64,000 bases of DNA, from assembly GCA_963663225.1 (NCBI GenBank), contig OY760142.1, positions 1,056,001 to 1,120,000 of the forward strand, in the 5' to 3' direction. The stretch's first letter is position 1; each line of letters starts with the position of its first letter. The notes under the pieces are model-generated. The model searched no databases and was not told where the DNA came from. It saw only the letters and a list, made by a program, of their open reading frames with translations. Below are positions 59,627 through 64,000 of this stretch, in pieces. Both the position numbers and the translations under genes were made by a program. The DNA is from Nitrospirota bacterium. GTDB lineage: Bacteria; Nitrospirota; UBA9217.

Positions 59627-61153
59627 TCATGAAGCCTTTTTCTTGTGAATTTCCGCCCGTGCGGCCTCACGGTCATCAAAATGCATCTTCTTCTCGCCGA
59701 TAATCTGATAGTCCTCATGCCCCTTGCCGGCAATCACGACCACGTCGTCCGGCAGGGCCATCCGGATGGCGGCAGCCACGGCCTCGTGGCGGTCGGGAAT
59801 GACATAATACAATTTTTTATCGCCTGGTTCGCACGACCCCGTTTCCTGCAAGGCGGTTTTTTTCCCCTCTCCCGCCATACCGGCTTCTATCTCACGGATG
59901 ATATCCAGCGGGTTTTCAGTCCGGGGGTTGTCTGAAGTGACAATAACGATATCGCTTCCCTTGAGCGCCGCTGTTCCCATTTTAGGCCTCTTGGTCCTGT
60001 CCCGGTCGCCGCCGCAGCCAAAAACCGTAATGATTCTTTTTTTTGCTATTTCTCGCACAGATTCCAGAAGACGCAGGAGTGCGTCTTCGGTGTGGGCATA
60101 GTCAACAATCACACCGTAGGGCTGCGCTTCATCTATTTTCTCCATGCGGCCGGGAACCGCTTTCATGTTTTTTATCCCCTGGATGATGCTGTCCTTGCTA
60201 AAACCCAGGGCTGTGCCAATCCCGGTTGCGGTCAGAATATTGTATACATTATGCCGGCCAATGAGCGGTGATTCCAGCGCAATCCTTCCGTTCGGAGTGG
60301 CGGCGTCAAAGGACAGGCCTGCAATGCCGTAGTGTACTTTCCCGCATGGATGAATATCGGCATGCTCCGACAAGCCGGTAGTGACGGTTTTCCCCTTGGC
60401 GGCCTTGATGACGGCGTCAGCATTTTTGTCGTCAGTGTTGACGATAATCGCCGCATCCGGGGAAAGTCCCTTGAACAGCAGAAGCTTTGCCTGCAGATAT
60501 TGATCCATAGTTTTATGAAAATCCAGATGATCCTGCGTCAGGTTCGTAAATCCGGCAGCAGCAAAACGGCACCCGACCACCCTTCCGAGCGCCAATGCGT
60601 GCGAGGAGACTTCCATAACGCAGTGTGTCGCTCCGAACTCAACCATTTCGGAAAGAAGCCGCTGGAGATCAAGCGATTCCGGCGTCGTGTTTGGCGCGGC
60701 ATACACGCGGTCGCCGACACGATAATCAATGGTGCCGATAAGTCCCGCGGTCTGGCCGGAAGCTTCGATAATGGATTTTACAAGATAGGTTGTCGTTGTT
60801 TTGCCGTTCGTGCCGGTAATGCCGACAAGCTTGAGTTTCTTCGACGGGTGTCCGTAAAACGCATCTGCCAGCAGGGCCAGAGCCCGCCGGGAATCTTTCA
60901 CCAGGGCAACAGGCACGCCGGCCTCCGCATCCGGTCCCTGCTCGCGTTCTGCGACGACGGCGGCGGCTCCTTGTTTTATTGCCTGCGCAATAAACTGATG
61001 GCCGTCCGAGTGAAATCCTCGCACGGCCACGAACACGCATCCCGGCTTGACTTTTCGGGAGTCATAGAAGATCCCTTGCACTTCCCGTTCCAGCGTGGCC
61101 GGCGGAAGCGGCTTTTGCAGTTCCAATGACGCGAATAATTCTGCCAGCTTCAT
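59627..61153 (-). CDS. murE: UDP-MurNAc-dipeptide-meso-DAP ligase
   Basis: TGTNGKTTT, TTPES, MEVSSH, DYAHT, GCGGDRD, DNPR (DAP-type), GKGHE. Confidence 0.97.
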   Translation of the reverse strand: MKLAELFASLELQKPLPPATLEREVQGIFYDSRKVKPGCVFVAVRGFHSDGHQFIAQAIKQGAAAVVAEREQGPDAEAGVPVALVKDSRRALALLADAFYGHPSKKLKLVGITGTNGKTTTTYLVKSIIEASGQTAGLIGTIDYRVGDRVYAAPNTTPESLDLQRLLSEMVEFGATHCVMEVSSHALALGRVVGCRFAAAGFTNLTQDHLDFHKTMDQYLQAKLLLFKGLSPDAAIIVNTDDKNADAVIKAAKGKTVTTGLSEHADIHPCGKVHYGIAGLSFDAATPNGRIALESPLIGRHNVYNILTATGIGTALGFSKDSIIQGIKNMKAVPGRMEKIDEAQPYGVIVDYAHTEDALLRLLESVREIAKKRIITVFGCGGDRDRTKRPKMGTAALKGSDIVIVTSDNPRTENPLDIIREIEAGMAGEGKKTALQETGSCEPGDKKLYYVIPDRHEAVAAAIRMALPDDVVVIAGKGHEDYQIIGEKKMHFDDREAARAEIHKKKAS

Positions 61154-62877
61154 CTCGTCACCAGGAGCATTTTCCCTCCCGCGTCATCCGGCGGCACCTG
61201 CAGATACGCAAGGCTCTGCTCCGCCACGGTCTTGAACACGGGAGCAGCAACGCTGCCGCCATAGATGACTCCTTCCGGAGTGTCGACCATTACGAGAATG
61301 ACCAGTTTTGGAGAGTTTGCCGGTACAAAACCAGCAAAGGAACTGACATAATCTTTCTTCGAGTACATGCCGGTCTTGTGGTCTATCTTTTGCGCTGTTC
61401 CCGTTTTGCCTGCCGCCGTATAGCCGGCCGGCCGTGCCTTTTGCCCGGTGCCGGTCTCCACCGCCTCCCGCAGCATCTTTGTCACCTTGGCGGCGGTTTC
61501 CTGGGTAATCGCACGGCGCACCGGCTGCGGTTCAATTTTATTTCCTTCGCCGCTGCCATGGCCGATGATCTGCGACACGACATACGGCCTCATAAGCACG
61601 CCGCCGTTCGCGAGCGCGCAATACGCCGCGGCCATTTGCAGCGGCGTCACGCCGACTTCCTGGCCGATTGCAATGGAACCGATGGACACCCCGGACCATG
61701 TGCGATGGTCTTTCAACAAACCGGGGATTTCCCCCGAGATATCAGACCCTGTTTTACTCCCGAATCCAAATGCGGTGATGTATTTTGCAAAACGTTCTTT
61801 TCCCAGCTTTACGGCGACCTTTATCGTGCCCACGTTGCTCGATTGCGCGATCACATCGGTAAAGGTCAGCACCCCATGCTTTTCTGCATCATTGATTACC
61901 CGGTCGGCAATCTGAATTTTTCCTGCTGAGCAGTCAAATCGTTCAAGAGGATGAACCACCCGTTCTTCCAACGCTGCCGCCGCAAGAATCGGTTTAAAAA
62001 TCGAACCGGGCTCAAAGGCATCGGTCACCGTCCGATTCCGCCATTCACCTGGTTTAGAGCGCTGCGGCTCGTTGGGGTTGAATACCGATTTTCCGCCGGC
62101 AGTGCGCACCGCAAGGGCGAGCACTTCACCGGTCCACGGATTCATGACGATGCAGACTCCGCCTTTTGCCTGTGTATTCACGAGGGCGGCATCAAGCCCT
62201 TTTTCCGCAATATGCTGTATCACCTCGTCAATGGTAAGGGTAATATCACTGCCCGGTTTCGGCAGTTTATATTGCAGTCCTGATCCTCCCGGAAATACCG
62301 TTCTTCCTCGCGCGTCTTTTTCTGCCAGGACCCATCCTTCGGTGCCCCGCAGGATTTTATCGTACGTGCGCTCCAGACCCTCAATGCCTTTGTTGTCTAC
62401 ATCGGTAAAGCCGAGGAGCGGTCCTGCAAGGGTTTTCTTGGGATAAAACCGCTTCGACTCTAGCCGGATGCCGATTTCTCTCGTGCCGAGTTCCTTCACT
62501 TTCTCGGTCTTGCCCGGCTCGACTTTGCGGCTGAGCCAGACAAAGTGTTTATCTCCCGCAAGCCGCTGTTCGAGAGCGCGGGGATCTTCCCTGAGTATCC
62601 GGGACAGCTTCTGTGCAAGCGCCCGGGGATTATCGACTTCCGCCGGCACCCCGTACACTGAGTCCACGTCCAGGCTTACTGCAAGCTCCCTGCCCATGCG
62701 GTCGTAGATCGTGCCCCGTTTTGGCTCAATCTTTACCAGCCGTTCCTGCTGCCGCTCCGCGCGTCCTGCAAGCGCGGACCGCTGATAGACCTGGAGATAC
62801 ACAAGCCGCAGGGCGATGAGTCCAAAACACACGCACATCAACAGCAATATTACGAGTATTCTTCCCCGTTTTTCCAT
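61150..62877 (-). CDS. ftsI: Class B penicillin-binding protein (PBP3)
   Basis: RGTIYDR, R.YP, G.EGLE, EPGSIFK (SxxK), SSN (SxN), KTGTAQ. Confidence 0.94.
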   Translation of the reverse strand: MEKRGRILVILLLMCVCFGLIALRLVYLQVYQRSALAGRAERQQERLVKIEPKRGTIYDRMGRELAVSLDVDSVYGVPAEVDNPRALAQKLSRILREDPRALEQRLAGDKHFVWLSRKVEPGKTEKVKELGTREIGIRLESKRFYPKKTLAGPLLGFTDVDNKGIEGLERTYDKILRGTEGWVLAEKDARGRTVFPGGSGLQYKLPKPGSDITLTIDEVIQHIAEKGLDAALVNTQAKGGVCIVMNPWTGEVLALAVRTAGGKSVFNPNEPQRSKPGEWRNRTVTDAFEPGSIFKPILAAAALEERVVHPLERFDCSAGKIQIADRVINDAEKHGVLTFTDVIAQSSNVGTIKVAVKLGKERFAKYITAFGFGSKTGSDISGEIPGLLKDHRTWSGVSIGSIAIGQEVGVTPLQMAAAYCALANGGVLMRPYVVSQIIGHGSGEGNKIEPQPVRRAITQETAAKVTKMLREAVETGTGQKARPAGYTAAGKTGTAQKIDHKTGMYSKKDYVSSFAGFVPANSPKLVILVMVDTPEGVIYGGSVAAPVFKTVAEQSLAYLQVPPDDAGGKMLLVTR

Positions 62878-62976
62878 TGCTTGCGATCCTTGATGCCCGC
62901 AGCATTATAGCATTCGTTTGCGAAAACCCGAATTTGCAGCCGGCCCGGCCAGCATTGCTGCAGCAATCGCTGCCAG

Positions 62977-63339
62977 CTATCTGACGGCATCCGGTCCCTG
63001 GTTATTCGAGCTCGATTTCTTTCCTTTTCTTTTTACGGCAACGATGTTTTCCTGCGCCGGCCTGACCATGCCCAGGCGCTTGACCGCGATCTCCTCAATG
63101 CGGGCCGGAGATGTCAGGCTCGACGATTCGATAAGAAGAGACCGGTTTTCGCGCTCCAAATCCTGTTTTTCACGCTCCAGCGCTTCGATCTGATAGCCGA
63201 GCCGCACGATTTTTACTTTGCCGCCTACGTACAGAATCAGACCGACAACGATCAGAAGCATGATAAAAATTCTGCTGAGATTCCCCCGCTTGCTTCGCTC
63301 GAGAACAACTGCGCCGATTTCACCAGCTCGTGTCGCCAT
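62977..63339 (-). CDS. ftsL: Cell division protein FtsL
   Basis: One TM, coiled coil, L.SP.RIE.IA...LGM..P; lies between rsmH and ftsI. Confidence 0.88.
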   Translation of the reverse strand: MATRAGEIGAVVLERSKRGNLSRIFIMLLIVVGLILYVGGKVKIVRLGYQIEALEREKQDLERENRSLLIESSSLTSPARIEEIAVKRLGMVRPAQENIVAVKRKGKKSSSNNQGPDAVR

Positions 63340-63376
63340 AGGTAAACCTTTTCATCGAAGTTATTCAATCGCGGTA

Positions 63377-64000
63377 TTACAGTTTCTCCGCCGCTCTCAG
63401 CTTCGCGCTTCTCGCGGCGGGATTTCTCTCTACTTCCTCCGGTCCGGCCGTAACAGGCCGGCGCGTCAGCACGGTAAGCTCCGATTTTTTGCCGCAGGAG
63501 CAAGTCGGCATCTTCGGGGGGCACACGCATGCCCGTGCTGCCGCTGCGAAGGCCTGCTTTACAATGCGGTCTTCAAGAGAATGAAACGTGATGACCGCAA
63601 TGCGTCCGTGCGGTTTTACATGCGCAAGGATCTGATGGAGTCCGGTCCGCAGCGCTTCTATTTCGTCGTTTACTGCAATCCGCAGAGCCTGAAACGTCTG
63701 CGTCGCAGGATGTATGCGCCGGGGCGGATACGGTGGGAATACGCTTGCAACAATCCCGGCGAGCTGGGCTGTGCTGGCAATGGCACCCCGGGTCCGTGCC
63801 TTTTCTATCGCCCGTGCTATGGCTCCTGCTCTGCGTTCCTCGCCGTATTCATAAAAAATCTTCGCCAGTTCCTGGCGTGAAAGAGTGTTTACCATGTCCG
63901 CGGCGGTCGGGCCGTGGCTGTTTCTGTCCATCCGCATATCAAGCGGACCATCCAGCATGAAGCTGAAGCCCCGCTCCGGCGTTTTAAGGTGGAACCAGGA
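63377..64000 (-). CDS. rsmH: 16S rRNA m4C1402 methyltransferase; 5' end truncated by the window edge
   Basis: RGFSF..DGPLDMRM, YGEER, HPAT.TFQALRIAVNDE, FHSLEDR.VK, NP.ARSAKLR. Confidence 0.96.
   Translation of the reverse strand, partial: SWFHLKTPERGFSFMLDGPLDMRMDRNSHGPTAADMVNTLSRQELAKIFYEYGEERRAGAIARAIEKARTRGAIASTAQLAGIVASVFPPYPPRRIHPATQTFQALRIAVNDEIEALRTGLHQILAHVKPHGRIAVITFHSLEDRIVKQAFAAAARACVCPPKMPTCSCGKKSELTVLTRRPVTAGPEEVERNPAARSAKLRAAEKL

Noticed and set aside
46564-63960. Many long plus-strand ORFs (up to 385 aa) opposite the dcw genes, and similar shadow ORFs elsewhere (e.g. 3452-4375, 8039-8938, 34417-35340)
   Set aside because: They are antisense shadows of well-supported genes in GC-rich coding sequence, with no recognisable motifs.
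1-64000. Search for tRNA/rRNA, CRISPR arrays, transposases, integrases, prophage genes and Sec/Pyl read-through
   Set aside because: None recognised by eye; the identified genes look full length without needing recoded stops. tRNAscan-SE and cmscan would be needed to exclude short RNAs formally.

Overview
Chromosomal window from a Gram-negative bacterium, probably an anaerobe. The gene set and protein styles resemble Nitrospirota/Desulfobacterota (inference). The right third (46.5-64 kb, minus strand) is an ordinary dcw cluster: rsmH-ftsL-ftsI-murE-murF-mraY-murD-ftsW-murG-murC-murB-ddl-ftsQ-ftsA-ftsZ. The rest mixes housekeeping and accessory genes: a hybrid histidine kinase (runs off the left edge), two ABC-F ATPases, two MCPs plus cheW, ppnP, an Nramp-like transporter, a ppsR-DUF2156-ThiF-ettA run, a USP with a Na/K-ATPase-like P-type pump, a degenerate AcsE-like pterin-binding protein, a PD-(D/E)XK-like protein, a yybP-ykoY (Mn2+) riboswitch ahead of a P2A ATPase and TerC, a REC-GGDEF cyclase, an AcsV/RACo-type corrinoid activator, a speD-speE-decarboxylase polyamine operon, a Tat-exported nitroreductase, LysR and NupC. 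I saw no rRNA, tRNA, CRISPR array or mobile element. The best leads are (i) two back-to-back structured 5' leaders that I cannot assign to a known family, between the DUF3109 gene and the polyamine operon, (ii) the USP/P2C-ATPase/AcsE-like/nuclease-fold cluster, (iii) an 860-bp motif-rich intergenic region ahead of the Nramp-like gene, (iv) a possible N-terminally extended FtsZ isoform and (v) three sigma28-type promoters. All family calls come from reading motifs by eye; no database searches or folding programs were run.
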